A stretch of DNA of 64,000 nt from Azolla caroliniana (Eukaryota > Plantae > Polypodiophyta), in contig JBHGNT010000008.1 of NCBI GenBank assembly GCA_043228905.1, positions 434,001 through 498,000 on the forward strand. The letters run 5' to 3'. The notes below the pieces were generated by a model. The model was not told where the DNA came from. It was given only the letters and a program-made list of their open reading frames with translations, and made no database searches. The position numbers and the translations under genes are program-made. Positions 25,131-40,239 of this stretch are shown here, piece by piece. Positions within the stretch are counted from its first letter, which is position 1, and the number at the start of each line of letters is the position of its first letter.

Positions 25131-25985
25131 ATTGAGTATACCACGTATTGTACACTACTAGAACTCTTTTAGCTTAAGTTCTATGTTTACTTTATTTTAT
25201 TTTAGTTATGATGACTGGATAAATACTGATTTTGTTGTAAACCAATTGTCTCTTGGGCCAAATTTGGCCTTAGAAGATGTTAATATATCTTTCTTTCTTC
25301 TTTCTTTCTTTCTAGAGAAGCAACAAATGCAACAACAATACAGAGAGTTAGAGTTACGTGTGCAACAATTTGAAGCAACCATTGTGTCATTGCAATAACA
25401 AGGACCAAGTACTCAAGGAAATAAGAAAGAAGTCAAGATTAGTCTTTCTACAAAATTCAATGGAACGTGATCACAATTTAGAGGATTCCTTAATTAGGTA
25501 CATCTCGTGATTCAAATGCATCCTTCTCGATATCGCACCGATGCATCACGAGTGGGACTAGCGGGCACGTTAAGTGGCACTGCTTTGGCATGGTTCGCTC
25601 CTTTGTTAAATAATTTTGAGGAATTTATTACTGAGTTTAAATCCTGTTTCGGGGACACTGATAACGTTAGGACGACAATCAATAAAATCCGAAGATTGCG
25701 TTGTCGCGATGTTTCGCGCGCGCATTACTTGGGTGGAACCATAAGGGGGTCTTGGACTAGGGAGTACTGAAGGGATAGAGAAGACCCGAGGTTTGCTTTA
25801 CGACAATACTACTTCCCGATCCCTACCCAAGCAAGGGCTCGTTGCCCCTTTTGTGAGGCCGGTGGCTTTCATTGATCACGACTAGTCGAGTTTTCAAGAT
25901 CACCGCACGAGCTAGTGATCAAATGGGTACAAGCAAAGATGAGCACGCAAGATGAACACACAAGGGGACGATAACACAAACACGA

Positions 25986-26605
25986 ATGCCTGTACGTCTC
26001 TATGAGGAAGAGAGGTGCATGGGCACGCTCGAACGCTCCCTTGTCACAAGACGTCTAACGTACGAGGAAGACAAAAAACACACACACAAAATGCTCGTAC
26101 GCCTTTATGAGGAGGAGAGGTGCATGGGAACGCCCGAAGTGCTCCCTCGTCACAAGACAACTGAACGTACAAGGAAGACACAAACACACACACAAATGCT
26201 CGTATGCCTTTATGAGGAGGAGAGGTGCATGGGCACACCCGGAATGCTCCCTTGTCACAAGACGACCGAATGTACAAGGAAGACACAAACACACGCACAA
26301 AATGTTCGTACGCCTTTATGAGGAGATGAGATGCATGGGCACGCCCGAAACGCTCCCTCGTCACAAGACGGCCGAACGTACAAGGAAGACACAAACACAC
26401 GCACAAAATGCTCGTACGTCTTTGTGAGGAGGAGAGGTGCATGGGCACGCCTGGAAGGCTCCCTCGTCACAAGACGGTCGAACGTACAAGGAAGACACAA
26501 ACACACGCAAGAATGCTCGGACGCCTTTATGAGGAGGAGAGGTGCATGGGCACGCCCGAAAGGCTCCCTCGTCACAAGGCGACCAAACGTACAAGTGGAC
26601 GAGAA
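25986..26605. repeat. Six copies of a ~105-106 bp minisatellite in the E 3' LTR
   Basis: Units start ~25986, 26091, 26197, 26302, 26408, 26513 with core ATGAGGAGGAGAGGTGCATGGGCACGCCCGAA. Confidence 0.95.
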
Positions 26606-26730
26606 CAAAGAAATAAAGAAAGAAAGAAAGAAAGAAAGAAAGAAAAAAAACACGAATGATATTGGCTAAAGAAATAAATACGTGTTCAATTCCAACGCAA
26701 GAGGGCCCTTTATAAAATAGGGTTTGATTA

Positions 26731-29700
26731 TGTTGAGAATCAACCTCAACATAGTGCAACGTGTGAACACACCTTTTGAGAATCCATGATTACTCAAAAG
26801 TCAAGAGTCACACCACTACTCTCTACACATTAACTATGTGTCATAGAATCATATTCTATGACACATAACTAATGAGTTTCATATTCCCCATGACTATGAG
26901 TCTTCACATTCCCCAAGAGAGAGAGTGGTTGTTGTAAAGTTAATGAAGAGAGAGGGTGACTCTATATAAAGCACCCTCCTCATACTTCATACTAAGTCGG
27001 TTGTGACTCCTTGTTATGCTACATTTTGTAAATCTCATTCTACTTGGGAAATGTACACCTTCTTCTTGAGTATTCTATTTTCCTATCATTTATCTATCTT
27101 GAGTTCTCTTTTCTCTCCACTCTTCTTCTCTCACACATATACACACATAACACACATCTATTCCGCTACACAAGAATCACCATTGATTCTTTACATGATC
27201 TCAAAGCGAGGTTGGTAGCTTGATCTAGCCCACTCGCCTCATCGTGATCGTGTGTTGTGCTCTACGCCGACGTTCAAGAAGAACCGGCTCATCACTATCG
27301 TAGTACCACTACATAGCTTGTGTTCAAGAGAGAAGGAAAAGAAGAAAGGAAGCTTAATCGACAATGAATACTCAAATGGGAAGCGCTCTCCCTAGCGAGA
27401 AGTTGGATCGAAACAACTTCGCATCTTGGGAGTACAAGATGCACCAATACCTTGTCGGTCAAGGCTATTGGGGTTACATCAAGGGAGCACAAGAAAACCG
27501 ATCCAAGCCGAAAGACACCGACTATGCAACGTGGGAGCAAGCGGCAAGCCGAGTGATGTATTGCTTGGCGACATGTGTTCACGACCACATGCTCGGCTAC
27601 ATTCGAGAAGCGGAGACACCGAAGGAAGCGTGGGAGAATCTATGAAAGATTTTCGCCGCCAACACGACTGTGAGAAAGCTTCAACTCCGCCAAGAGTTGA
27701 ATAACATTCAATAGCGGGATATGTCCATTACAAGCTACACCTTGAAGTTCAAGGAGCTTTGAGACTCGCTCGGCTCGATAAGCGTCAATGTGGACGATGA
27801 TGAGATGGTGCGAATATGCCTCGGCGGCCTTGCACCACGATTCGGCGCGATGCGGACTGCTGTACGAGCACGAGAGAATCCACCCTCCTTCTTCGATCTT
27901 CAATCCATGTTGTTGGTTGAAGAGAATCATGTTCGAACAAGGAACAACGCCTCGGAAGGCCAAATGCTCTACACGCATTCGGACGGAGGAAGAGGACGCG
28001 ACGCGGCCGTGCAAGAAGAGGCCGATTTGGCCAAGGACGTGGCGGACAAGGTCCGATTTACGAAAACAACTCGCAATTTCGGCATCAAGATGGAAGCCAT
28101 CGAGGAACCTTCGGAAGAAGGGGGAGCTTCCATTCCGGTCCGAACCGACAAAGCTCGGTCGAATGCGGATATTGCGGAAAAATCGGTCACCACGAAGAAG
28201 AATGTTGTAAGAAGATACGCGAGTCGGCTTCCACTAGCCGACAACTCACCAACTACGCCATCAACTCCGATTATGATGATTGCGGCGGAATGTTCGTGAT
28301 GAGACATAGAGCGAATTCTATGTCGGCCTCTACTTCCACTAGTGCCTCCGGTCCGGAAGACGTATGGTTCGTCGATTCTGGTGCCTCGAACTATATGACG
28401 TCGCATCAAGAATGGTTCCGCGAACTTCGAGAGCCGGACTGACCCGGCTATGTCGAAACCATAGACGACACTACGCACCCGATTCGGCACATCGGCAATG
28501 TTCCGTTCGGAGAAGAAGGTAAAAAAACTTATATTAAAAATGTCGTGCATGTACCAACTATCACGAAGAATTTGGTCTCCGTTGGCCAAATTGTAGAGCA
28601 AGGAATGCAAGTACGATTTAATCAAGGTGGTTGCTTCATCGAAAAAGAGGGCTGACTCATTGCTCGCGGACGAAGAGAGGGCCGAATGTTCATTCTCAAG
28701 TCACATGAGATGAAATTGGCCATGTTCGCAAAGGGCGTGAAAACCGACATAGAGTTATGGCACAAGCGGATGGGCGATATAAATCTCCAAAAGCTCAAGG
28801 CAATGCAATCGAAAGTAGTTGTCATCGGGCTCCCGACACTCGCGGAGAAAGAGATTGAAGGCGTGTGTGCCGATTGCCAATTCGGCAAGCAACATCGGCA
28901 CCCATTTTCGAAGGAGCGGAATGTGAGCAAAGGCGTACTCGACGTAATTCATTCCGATGTATGGGGTCTGGCTCAGACGGCGACATTCGGCGGAAGCCGA
29001 TACTACGTGACCTTCATCGACGACTTCTCTAGACACACTTGGATCTACCCGATGTGGCAAAAGAGCGAAGTGTTCGGACACTTCCAAAAATTCAAGAATG
29101 AAGTCGAGAAAACCACGGGCCGACATATACGATGTCTTCGGTCGGATGGAGGCAAGGAGTATTTCTCTGATGAATTTTCGGCGTTTCTACGGAAAGAAGG
29201 AATACGACGAGAGTTTTCGTGTTGACATACGCTGCAACAAAACGGAGTGGCTGAACGCAAGAATTGGCACATCCTCGAAGTGGCACGAGCTATGCTTAAT
29301 GAAAAGCAAATGCCGAAATCGTATTGGGCGGAAGTAGCTAACACGACCGTTTATCTCATGAATCAGTGTACGACATCGGGTGTGCACAAACTTACTTTGC
29401 ACGAGAAGTTCTTCAGAAAGAAGCCGGACCTATTGCATGTTTGGATATTTGGCTCCATTGTGTATGTGCACATCCCCGACGAGAAGCGTCAAAAGCTCGA
29501 CCCAAAGTCGAAGAAATGTATCCTCGTAGGATACTCATTGGAGTAAAAGGGGTACAAGTGCTACAACCCCTCAACTCGAAAATCTCACTTAAGTGGAGAT
29601 GTCGTTTTTGACGAGTCCGCATCTTGGTATGCACCAGAGACAACTTCGACTTCGATTCCGCTCGACCCGAATTCCGCCGAAATAGAGATAGAAGCCGAAG

Positions 29701-30758
29701 ATTGACTCACGCGCATGTTCGAAGAAAGCCTAATTACAACAAGGCTTAGTGGGCCACAAGAGCCCCCGAGCGATCAAAGCACATCTCGGCCAAGTCCAAA
29801 GAAGGACAAAGGGAAGGCGAAAATGCCGGAGTATGAAGAAGATCACTTCGATGACAACGAATCAACTCACTCCCTTGATAGTGAGTTCGAAGGCCTTGAG
29901 ATCCGGACAAATGGAGCGGAAAACGCCGTAGTATCCGCAAACGAGAAGCTCCGCCGATCCACCCGTGAAAAGAACCCCGTAAGCCGATTCGGCTACAATG
30001 ATTATATGGCGTACCATTACGCCTTTATGATGAAGGTAGCAACAGTACGGGAGCCGGAAACCTTTTTTGAAGCCGCAAAGAGCCCGCGATGGATGGAAGC
30101 AATGAACGAGGAGATGCGTGCATTACGCAAGAACGAGACATGGGATCTCGTTCCCCACACACCGCACAAGAAGGCAATCGGTTGTTGATGGATCTACAAG
30201 GTGAAGTATAACGCGGATGGCTCCGTAAACCGCCAAAAAGCTTGACTCATAGCGAAAGGATACACTCAGACGCATGGCGTCGACTATGAAGAGACCTTTG
30301 CCCTGGTGGCAAAGATGACGACGGTGCGGACCGTGATCGCACTTGCAGCGGCAAAAGGGTGGCACCTCCACCAAATGGACGTCAAGAACGCCTTTCTCCA
30401 GGGCGAATTAGATGAGGAGGTCTACATGGTACAACCACCCGGCTTCGAATCGCGTATTCATCCAAAAGCCGTATGCCAACTCTGACAAGAACTACACGCT
30501 CCGATGAACACCGCTCGGCCACAACTGAGCTTAGAATCAAACACAGAAAACGGGGAATGAAAAAAAACACGACACAAAGGAGAGAAGAGTACACAGGATG
30601 TTTAACATGGAAAACCCTGAGAGGGAAAAACCATGGGAGTCCACAGACTCCAAACTATCACTATATCACAATGATTACAACAGTGAGCTCACGGAGGCAA
30701 CAACCTCGCGCACTTGATCTTTGCCACAGACGGCGGTTACAACAGAGACAACGACCTC

Positions 30759-30800
<42 letters not shown>

Positions 30801-33800
30801 CACTGTTACGCGCTCTCTAGTCTTGCACCAACAAGAATGACAACAACAACATATACTAAGTTTGCCCTAAGTCATATTTATACTAATATGACTTTTCGGC
30901 TATTTACAAATATAGCCCCGATGGACTCTCAGAAACATATTTACGAATATGTCCCTTCATCCGGTGAGCACTTCTCACCGGGTCTTCACCATCCGGTTCT
31001 TGCCAGGTACTCTTCATCCGGTTCTCACCGGGTCTTCACCAACCGGCTCTTGCCAGGTACTACTCATCCGGTTCTCACCGGGTCTTTCGTTTCCGGGTAC
31101 TCCACATCCGGTTTCGGCCTCGGCTGAGTTTGCTCATCGGTACTGTTCTTCTCACTTCCCATTCGGAGGGACCTGTTTCCTAACAAACTCCCCCTTCACT
31201 CCAGCATGGGATGTCTTACTAGTCCGATCCGCTTCCGGCATGCATCCAACTTGTTGGGTATCAGTACTTTGGTCAGCATATCTGACCCGTTCTCAGCCGT
31301 GTGGATCTTCGTTAGCGCGAACTCCTGGTCATCTACTCTTTCCCGGATCTAGTGATACCTTCGCTGGATATGATTCGTCCGGGAATGGTAGGCCACATTC
31401 TTAGCAAGGTGGATGGCACTTTGACTGGCGCAATAGAGCCGATATTCATCTTGTCGGATACCGAGCTCTTCGATGAAGTCCTTCATCCATAATATTTCCT
31501 TGCCGGCTTCCACAGCCGCCATGTACTCCGCCTTCGTGGTTGACAACGCAACCGTCTTCTGCAGCCTCGACTGCCACGAAACAGCTCCCCCTGCATATGT
31601 CATTGCATACCCGCATGTAGACCGACTGGTATCCACATCAGCCGACATGTCCGAATCGGTAAAACCGTCAAGTTGAGGTTTTCCGGAGCCGAATCGGAGA
31701 CACATATTTGAAGTGCCCTTCAAGTACCGGAGTATCCATTTGACTGCGTTCCAGTGCTCCTTGCCGGGATTGCTCATAAACCGGCTCACCACTCCGACTG
31801 CGTATCCTATATCCGGTCGGGTACACACCATTGTGTACATTAAGCTCCCGACGGCAGAGGCATATGGAACCTTCATCATATCCTCCTTCTCTGCTTTTGT
31901 TTTTGGGCTTTGCTTACCGGATAGCGTGCAGTTTGCCGGAAGTGTCGATCCGACCTGTTTCGCATCTGACATGTTGAACCGCTGAAGCACCTTTGTCACA
32001 TATTTCTCTTGTGACAGCCACAGTTGCTTCGTTGTCCGGTTCCGGATGATATGCATCCCCAACATCTGTCTTGCCGGACCCAAGTCTTTCATCGTGAAGG
32101 TTCGGTTGAGAGCCTTCTTCAACATCCGTATTTTGGCTTGGTCCCATCCGACGATCAACATGTCGTCCACATACAGAAGGATTATCAGGAAGTCGCCTCC
32201 TTCAAACTTCTTCACAAACACACAGTGATCAGCCTGTGTCTTGTGGTACCCTTGATCGGTCATGAAGGAGTCGAACTTCCGGTACCATTGTCGGGAAGCC
32301 TGCACGGAATACCACAAGACACAGTCGGCGAGCGTCTTGTCCTCCATGAAGATAATATCTCGACTCCGGAATACCTTCTTGTCGACCAGGTCCCATACTT
32401 GGTAGCCAAACTCATTGTCGCCGTAACCGAGGAATATGCATGGCCGGGTCTTTGGATCCAACTTTCCTCTCTAGTCCTTAGCTACATGCACGTACGCAAG
32501 ACACTCGAATACCTTTAGATGCCGGTAGGATACTTCCTTACCGGTCCAGACTCTTTGTGGCGTGTCTCCGTCCAAGGGTACTAAGGGTGATCTGTTTATC
32601 ACATATGTCGCCGTCGATAGTGCCTCAGCCCAAAACTTCTTGGGTAGTTTTGCATGCGCCAGCATAAACCAGACCCTCTCCATTATGGTCCGGTTCATCC
32701 TCTCGGCCAGCCCGTTTAGTTCCGGCGTCTTCGGCACGGTAAATTCGAGCCGGATTCCCTTTGAGCGGTAGTACTCCTCGAACTACCCCTGGTATTCACC
32801 TCCGTTATCTGCTCGAACCACCCTCAGCTTCTGGCCGGTTTCTCTTTCCACTCTTGCGTGGAGCTCTTTGAAGACGAATAGCACCTGATCCTTCGTCTTC
32901 AACGGTGTTGCCCACAACTTCTGGCTGTGGTCATCTATGAACATCACGAAGTACTGCGATCTTGCATGTGACTTCATGTCCACTTGACACACATCAATAT
33001 GCACCAACTCCAGTGGTGCATTACGTCTCATCGATGGCCTTGGTCGAAAGGAGGTCCGGTTTTGCTTACCGGCCAGACAATCAGTGCACTTCTCCAAGTG
33101 CACGTTCTTCACTGGAATGAGGTTGTCTTCTGCAAGCCTCTTCATCCCCTTCTCGCTCATGTGACACAACCTTTTGTGCCATAGCTCACCGGTGGTGTCG
33201 GATGCCAGGTTCACTTCCTCTGGACATAACCAGACATTCATCAGGTACAGAGTGTTTACGTTCTGGGCTCGAGCCACAATCAGGCTCCCTTTGCTAAACT
33301 TCATAACATCGTTCCGGATGCTACCCGTGTAGCCTTCATCATCTAGCCGACCGACTGATATCAGGTTCAATCGAACCTCCGGAACGTGTCAGACATCCTT
33401 CAACAGCAGCTTGCATCCGGTTGGTGTTGTTAGCCACACGTCTCCTATGCCGACAATTCGGCATGTACCTTCATTTCCCATCCGGACACAGCCGTGATCA
33501 CCGACTGCGTAGGATGAGAAGCATTTCCGGTCCGGGGTAAGGTGGAACGACGCTCCGGAGTCGACCACCCAGGTCATCTCGTTGCCGGCAAGGTTTATCT
33601 CACTCTCCTTGGTGATGAGCATCAACTCTTCTTCACTTGCCGCAATTGCCGTTTTTCCCTTCCGGTCCGTTCCGGTCCGGTCTTTACCGTTCCGGTCCGG
33701 TGTCCGCTTCGAATTGGTACTGTCGGTTTCCTTGTCTTTTCGGAAATGCCGACAGTTCTTCTGGAAGTGTCCCGGCTTGCCGGAATAGAAGCAAGTAGGC

Positions 33801-34888
33801 CTCCCCCTTGACTTTGACCGTGTCCCCGACTTTTCCCAGTTCTGGGGACTCCGGTTCCTTTGTCTTCCGCGTTTCGATTCGGTAAGGAGCGCTTTGGAGT
33901 CGGAGCTCGTATCCTTATCTTTCCGATGCGCCTCCTCATCTAGCAAGCTCGACTTCACTCTTGCTAGGGATAACCGTTTCCCTTCCGGCCCGGTGTTGCC
34001 CAAGGTGACAACCAACGTCCCCCAGCTATCTGGGAGGGAACCGAGCAGGAGTAGTGCTAGTACCTCATCGGCAAGAGGTACTTCCAATGATGTTGCCTGG
34101 TGGATCAGCCCTTGGAAGGCATTCATGTGCTCCTCCATGCTAGAGCCATCTTGGTACCGGAGTCTTACTAGCTTCCAAAATACCGAAACCTGATTGACAA
34201 CATTTTTGTTCTTAAACATAATGCCGATCTTCTCCCAGAGCTCATGAGCCTTGCTCTCTTCATTGAAGTTGTTGTATAGACTCATGTTGATGAAGCACCG
34301 TATGTAAGCCGTTGTCTTCATGTGCATCTCCCAGAGCTCATGAGCCTTGCTCTCTTCATTGAAGTTGTTGTATAGACTCATGTTGATGAAGCACCGTATG
34401 TAAGCCGTTGTCTTCATGTGCATCACCTCCCATATCGTCGTGTCGATTTTGTCCGGTCTCTTGTCCCCGAACTGAACCGGCAACCAAAGATCTTTAACCA
34501 CGAGCATGTCCCTCATCTTCGACTTCCACACTGAATAGTTGGAGCCGGTGAGCTTGAACATGCCGCCCAACGATTCGTCCATTTTCTGTGTCGTTTCGCT
34601 CTGATACCACTTTGACAGGAACTACACGCTCCGATGAACACCGCTCGGCCACAACCGAGCTTAGAATAAAACACAAAAAACGGGGAATGAAAAAAAACAT
34701 GACACAAAGGAGAGAAGAGTACACATGATGTTTAACGTGGAAAACCCTGAGAGGGAAAAACCACGAGAGTCCACAGACTCCAAACTATCACTATATCACA
34801 ATGATTACAACAATGAGCTCATGGAGGCAACGGCCTCGCGCTCTCAATCTTCGCCACATGCGGCGGTTACAACAGAGGCAACGACCTC

Positions 34889-34932
<44 letters not shown>

Positions 34933-36685
34933 CACTGTTACACGCTCTCTAGTCTTGCGCCAACAAGAATGACAATAACAACATATACTAAGTTTGCCCT
35001 AAGTCATATTTATACTAATATGACTTTTCGGCTATTTACAAATATAGCCTCGATGGACTCTCAGAAATAAATTTACGAATATGTCCCTTCATCCGGTGAG
35101 CACTTCTCACCGGGCCTTCACCATCCGGCTCTTGCCGGGTACTACTCATCCGGTTCTCACCAGGTCTTCCGTAGTCGGGTACTCTTCATCCGGTTCTCAC
35201 CGGGTCTTCACCAACCGACTCTTGCCGGGTACTACTCATCCGGTTCTCACCGGGTCTTCCGTTGCCGGGTACTCCACATCCGGTTTCGGCCTCGGCCGAG
35301 TTTGCTTATCGGTACTGTTCTTCTCACTTCCCATCCGGAGGGACCTGTTTCCTAACAAACTCAAGAAGCCACTCTACGGTCTTTAGCAAGCACCACGTGC
35401 TTGACATTCGAAGATTACGCACTATCTTCATCAAATCGGCTTTCAAATGTCAAAATCCGACAACTCCTTCTACGTACGACATGACTCTAGAAGCTTAATT
35501 GTCATCATCCTATACGTGGATGATCTGGTCATTGGAGGTGAAAGTCTAGTCGACATCAACAAGGTCAAGTCCCTCCTCTCCAGAAAATTCGAGATGACGG
35601 ACATGAAGGAGCTCCATTACTTCCTTGGCATCGAAGTAATTCGGATTCCGGCCGACATTATGATCTCTCAACCACACTACATTCTCAACTTGTTAAGGAT
35701 GACGGAGTGCAAATCGATCGCTATGCCTCTCGATAGAAACCTCAAACTAGATGCCGATTTCGGCACGAACGAGTGTGCTTCGACTCAATATCGTCAACTA
35801 ATTGGGAGCCTCATCTACCTCACAATCACTCGACCCGATCTTAGCTATCCAGTCAGACTCCTCAGCCAATTCACGCAAAAACCACGCGACACTCACTTGG
35901 ATTGCGCTAAGCGAGTATTACGATATGTGAGCGGTACTATGGATTACGACATTCTCTACGCATCGGCCACACCAATACGACTCGAAGGGTACACAAACGC
36001 AGATTGGGTTGGCAACAAAGATGATTGACGATCGACCTCCAGATTTGTCTTCTCCCTCAGGAGCGGAACGATTTCATGGAGTAGCAAGAAGCAACCTACC
36101 GTCGCTCTTTCGAGTATGGAGGTGGAATACAGGGGTGCAACCGTACCTACGTGTGAAGCCGTATGGCTCAAGAGGATTTTGAAGGATCTGGGCATCCCCA
36201 TCAAGGATCCAACTCCCATTTACTGCGACAATATGAGCAGTGTATATTTGGCTCGGAACTCGGTGTTCCACACGCGGACAAAACACATCGAAGTGTACTA
36301 TCACTTCATTTGAGAGCGCGTACAGGTCGGAGATGTCGACCTTCAACACATCAACACGGATCTTTAGACGGCCGACATCTTCACCAAAGCTTTAGGAGCC
36401 GACAAGTTTCAGCAATTCATGTCAGGCCTTGGATTGACGATCCCTGACTTGCCAAGCTTGAGGGGGAGTACAAGCGAGAACTGGATACCATTCGAACCGG
36501 GTACGAGCCGAAGCGGACACCGGAGATCGTCTGAACCGGATACTAGCCGAAGCGGACACCGATCAAAAGGAACCAACCCAAGTTGAGCTTGAGGGGGCGT
36601 GTTGAGAATCAAGCTCAACATAGTGTAACGTGTGAACACACCTTTTGAGAATCCATGATTACTCAAAAGTCAAGAGTCACACCAC
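26731..36685 (+). mobile_element. Ty1/copia element F (degenerate), inserted in the E LTR and split by H
   Basis: 5' LTR 26731-27195, decayed PBS TGATCTCAAAGC, gag from 27364, protease WFVDSGAS, integrase, RT YVDD, RNase H. PPT TTGAGGGGGCG, then 3' LTR from 36600 truncated at ~36685. Confidence 0.93.
30483..35357 (-). mobile_element. Ty1/copia element H (Tnt1/Tork-like), internally deleted
   Basis: LTRs 30483-31185 and 34613-35357, perfect TSD AACTC, PBS-iMet 34598-34609, PPT from 31186. A 96-bp gag duplication at ~34231-34423 and a ~770-bp INT-RT deletion at ~32300-32325. Confidence 0.96.
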
Positions 36686-39600
36686 AAGGCATAAGGTAGT
36701 AACCGAGGCCAGTTCCTGACTCACCCATCACAAGCTCTTACAATGACTTTTACGATAGGCCCGTGTCCGCGTTCTATCTTTCCATTAGCCTCCGGGTTAT
36801 AGGCGGTCATGAGAGAGAGCTTCATTCCAAGTCGTTCAAAGAGCTCTGTAGCTTTGTGAGCGTTCAACTCTCCTCTGTCGGCAACTATCTTTCCCACACA
36901 TCCGTACCGGTAGATGACATCCTCGAGTAAGAATTTACACACCCCCGCCGTCATTTTGTTTGCTAAGGCTCGCCCTTCTACCTGGTTTGTTAGGTCTTCT
37001 CTTGCTAGCACCAAATATTTCATTTGGCCCATTCCCATTCCCATCGGCATCGAAACCAAATCCACCATCCTTTTGAAGTGTATGGTGAGTGGGTAGGTCG
37101 GGTGCAACTCATCCCTATGGCGTATGTTTGAGTGTATCCGGCAGCTTTCACACGTCCCACGAAATGGACAACATCCTTGTACATTCCCGGCCACCAATAC
37201 TTCTCCTTTAACTTCTCGAATGTTGCCCACGTTCCTCTATGGCCCGCCCAAGGACTCTCATGGAACTCAGGCACCAATGTTGTCTGGTCCTCTTCCTTTA
37301 TGACCACTCGTTGTGGTGTCCCCGTCCTTCTCTTCGGGTGCCTCTAGAGGAATCCCCCTCGTAGGAAGTACTTGTACACTTTCTTTCGAACTCTCTGTGC
37401 TTCCTCCTTTGACCATGAACTATCCACCATCATTGAGCTTAAGAACTTGCCAATGTGTAGCCACTCCCCTTCGTATTCACTTTCGTTGAAGGCGTGGAGT
37501 ACTCTCACATCTCGATCATCTATAGATGCTTGGGCCATCTTAAAGAAGTCAAGAGAGACATCCTCATCTTCAGACACCATGTCGCTTTCGCCCTCGAATC
37601 TTGCCCTTGATAGCATATCTACCATGACATTGTTCTTCCCTGAAATGTGGTGAATCTCCGAGTTCATTGATTTGATGTAAGCAATCCATCTTTGCAGAGC
37701 TAGGTCAAGTGTTGCACATCCCGAAACCATCCCTAGGATTGGAAGACAATCCATTTCTATTACCACCTATGACCCGATTAGGTAATCTTTATCCGCCTTC
37801 ACTGCGGACACAATACCCCAAAGCTCACGTTTTACTTGGGCATATCCTCGTTGTCGCTCACTTAAGAACTTGGCTCCGAACAGGATGGCGTAGCGTGTAC
37901 CATCCTCTCTTTCTTGGTTGATGAACCATCCGATCCTGGTTTGACTCGTATCTACCGTCACGTAGATGGGCACCCCTTCCTTGTATATGGCTTTTCGTAA
38001 AGTTGGTGCCGCTACCAACATTCCTTTGAGCCTCTTCATTGCCTCTCTGTGCTCTTCCTCCCACTTGAACTTCCACCCCTTCTTGAGTAGCCCATACAAG
38101 GGCTCGGCTAGGTGAGCGTAGTGCGGGATCCAGATGTGGTAGAATGCACAAGCACCAAGAAATCACCTCACCTTTGTTTGTGATTTACATTCTTCCCTCA
38201 TGTCTTTGATGGTGTCCACCTTTGCCAGGGATAGCTTCTGTCCATACGCCCCGCGTAAGTGTCCCACCACAAGAATCTCTGGTTGGCCGAATGCCGATTT
38301 CTCACCCGAGAAGGTCAAGCGTGCATCTTTGAGTCTTTGTAGAACCTTCTCGCAATCGAAGATGTGATATGCCACAAAACGTCTGCACCCATCCTCGTCC
38401 AAGGTTTCATCTTTCTCCACTTCAGAGCACCCTTTTATGGGGATGTCATCGAGGAATGGCATGGTGATATCGGGGATGCAATCCCTCAATACCTTGTTCA
38501 TTGCATTTACCATGTGGGGTAAAAAGTTAGTGCCTCCTTGTGGCAGGGTACATATTCGCACTAGGCCAATAGGGATCTGCATCGTCGTGATGTCCCTACT
38601 CTCCACAACTAGTTGGAATTGATCATACCCCGAGTATAGAGCACCGATCGAATAAATAGACCTTCCAGTGAAGGCCTCAGCGAATTCGTCAACGCTCGGC
38701 CCGACCCCTGCATTTTGAATTGTCACTCGATTAAGTGGTTGTAGGTCCTAGATGAAACGTAAGGTGCCATTCTTCTTTGGCACAGTGAACCACTAATTCG
38801 AGTATGGGGCGCTTGATGGCTCGAGGATACCCATCTTGATCTTTTCCTTGAGTAGCTCAATCAACTTCGGGATGTGAGCTCTCGGAACTGGGATTGGTTT
38901 GATGTTCCACGGTACATGCGGTACCGTAAAGATCACCATTGGCTCCACAATCTTAGGGTTTATGCACCCTATCTCACCCGACTAGAAGGCGAAAGACCTT
39001 CCGTGGATTTCGATCATCCTTCTAAATCTTTCCTCCTCCCTAGGCAATAGGAAGCCACCCCCACTAATCCGGAGCTTCTGTTGCGTTGTGCCCTATGCCT
39101 CTTGGGTCCCACAAGCTAGGATTAACCGCTACCCCCTTTATCCGATCCTAACTATCGTTAGGCAATAGGGCAGCCACATGCTTCACCTTCTTGCCCACGA
39201 TCTTGTACTTTGTTTGCACCTTGACCATCCTCGCTTCCTCAATCAACCGCCCAAGCTCTTCGATGGCGATGTACATGTCAACTGAGTTGACTGGAATTAC
39301 CTTGTCTTCATTGAGGCCCGAAACAACTATTGAGAGTGTCTTCGAACAAGACCGCCTCCATGGCGCTGCTTATGGTGTCATCTTCCCCCAATAAATTACC
39401 ATGTTTGAGATACCTTTCGTATCTCTTGGACCTAGGCTTATCTCTATCACTTAAACTAGTAATTTTACAAACTCCATTTTCGGAGAACCAAAGTTGTTTC
39501 CTATTACATTTAATAGTTTTGCAAGGGTTTAGAGTCTTAGTTTGCCTCGGGCTATTGCAGACCCACTCTTTAATAGCCCGCATCAAAAATCCTCTCGGCT

Positions 39601-40239
39601 CTCCCCTTTGAGGGAGGCTCGATTGCGCTCATGGTTGGGCCTCACCGTAAGGAATTGGACCAAATGCTTCCCATCTTGGCTCTTGACCCTCGCATATGCT
39701 GACCCGTTGTCTAGCACCTTCGTCTCCATGCGAGCCGCCATGATGTATGGTTTACCCAAGATGACCGGGTGTGAGGACGTCTCTTGAACAAAGAAATGTT
39801 GATCTATTTCTACGTCCCCCACCTTCACACGTACATTCGGGCAAGCCCCGTATAGCTCCTCGGTTGCTCAGGTTGCCACTCTAATCTTCCACCCGTGCTT
39901 CGTGTTGATCGGCCACTTTCCCTTTTTATAAAAGTCCATGGACATAAGGTTTATCTCAGAGCCATGGTCGATCAATGCTACAACCAACTCTTTTACATCT
40001 CCGACCCGTACCGGTGTCTCCGTTGTCGCTCTTGCCCAATGCGGCCTCGTGTAGTGACTGTCCGCATAGTCTTCGTCTTCCTCGGGAACCTCCGTTGACA
40101 ATGCATTTACAATCGCGGCCATTGCCACTTCTTGCTCTGTCGAGAGCCACTTCCTCATCATTAGGTCGATGATGACCTCGTGGAATTCTTTCTTGGCAAT
40201 TCCGAGGACCTCTCGCAGAGTAAACTCTACGTGACTATC

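Noticed and set aside
25986-26605. Regular ~105-bp repeats resembling a CRISPR array, and the ORFs across them
   Set aside because: The whole unit repeats with no unique spacers, it lies inside LTRs, and the context is eukaryotic. The ORFs are repeat artefacts.
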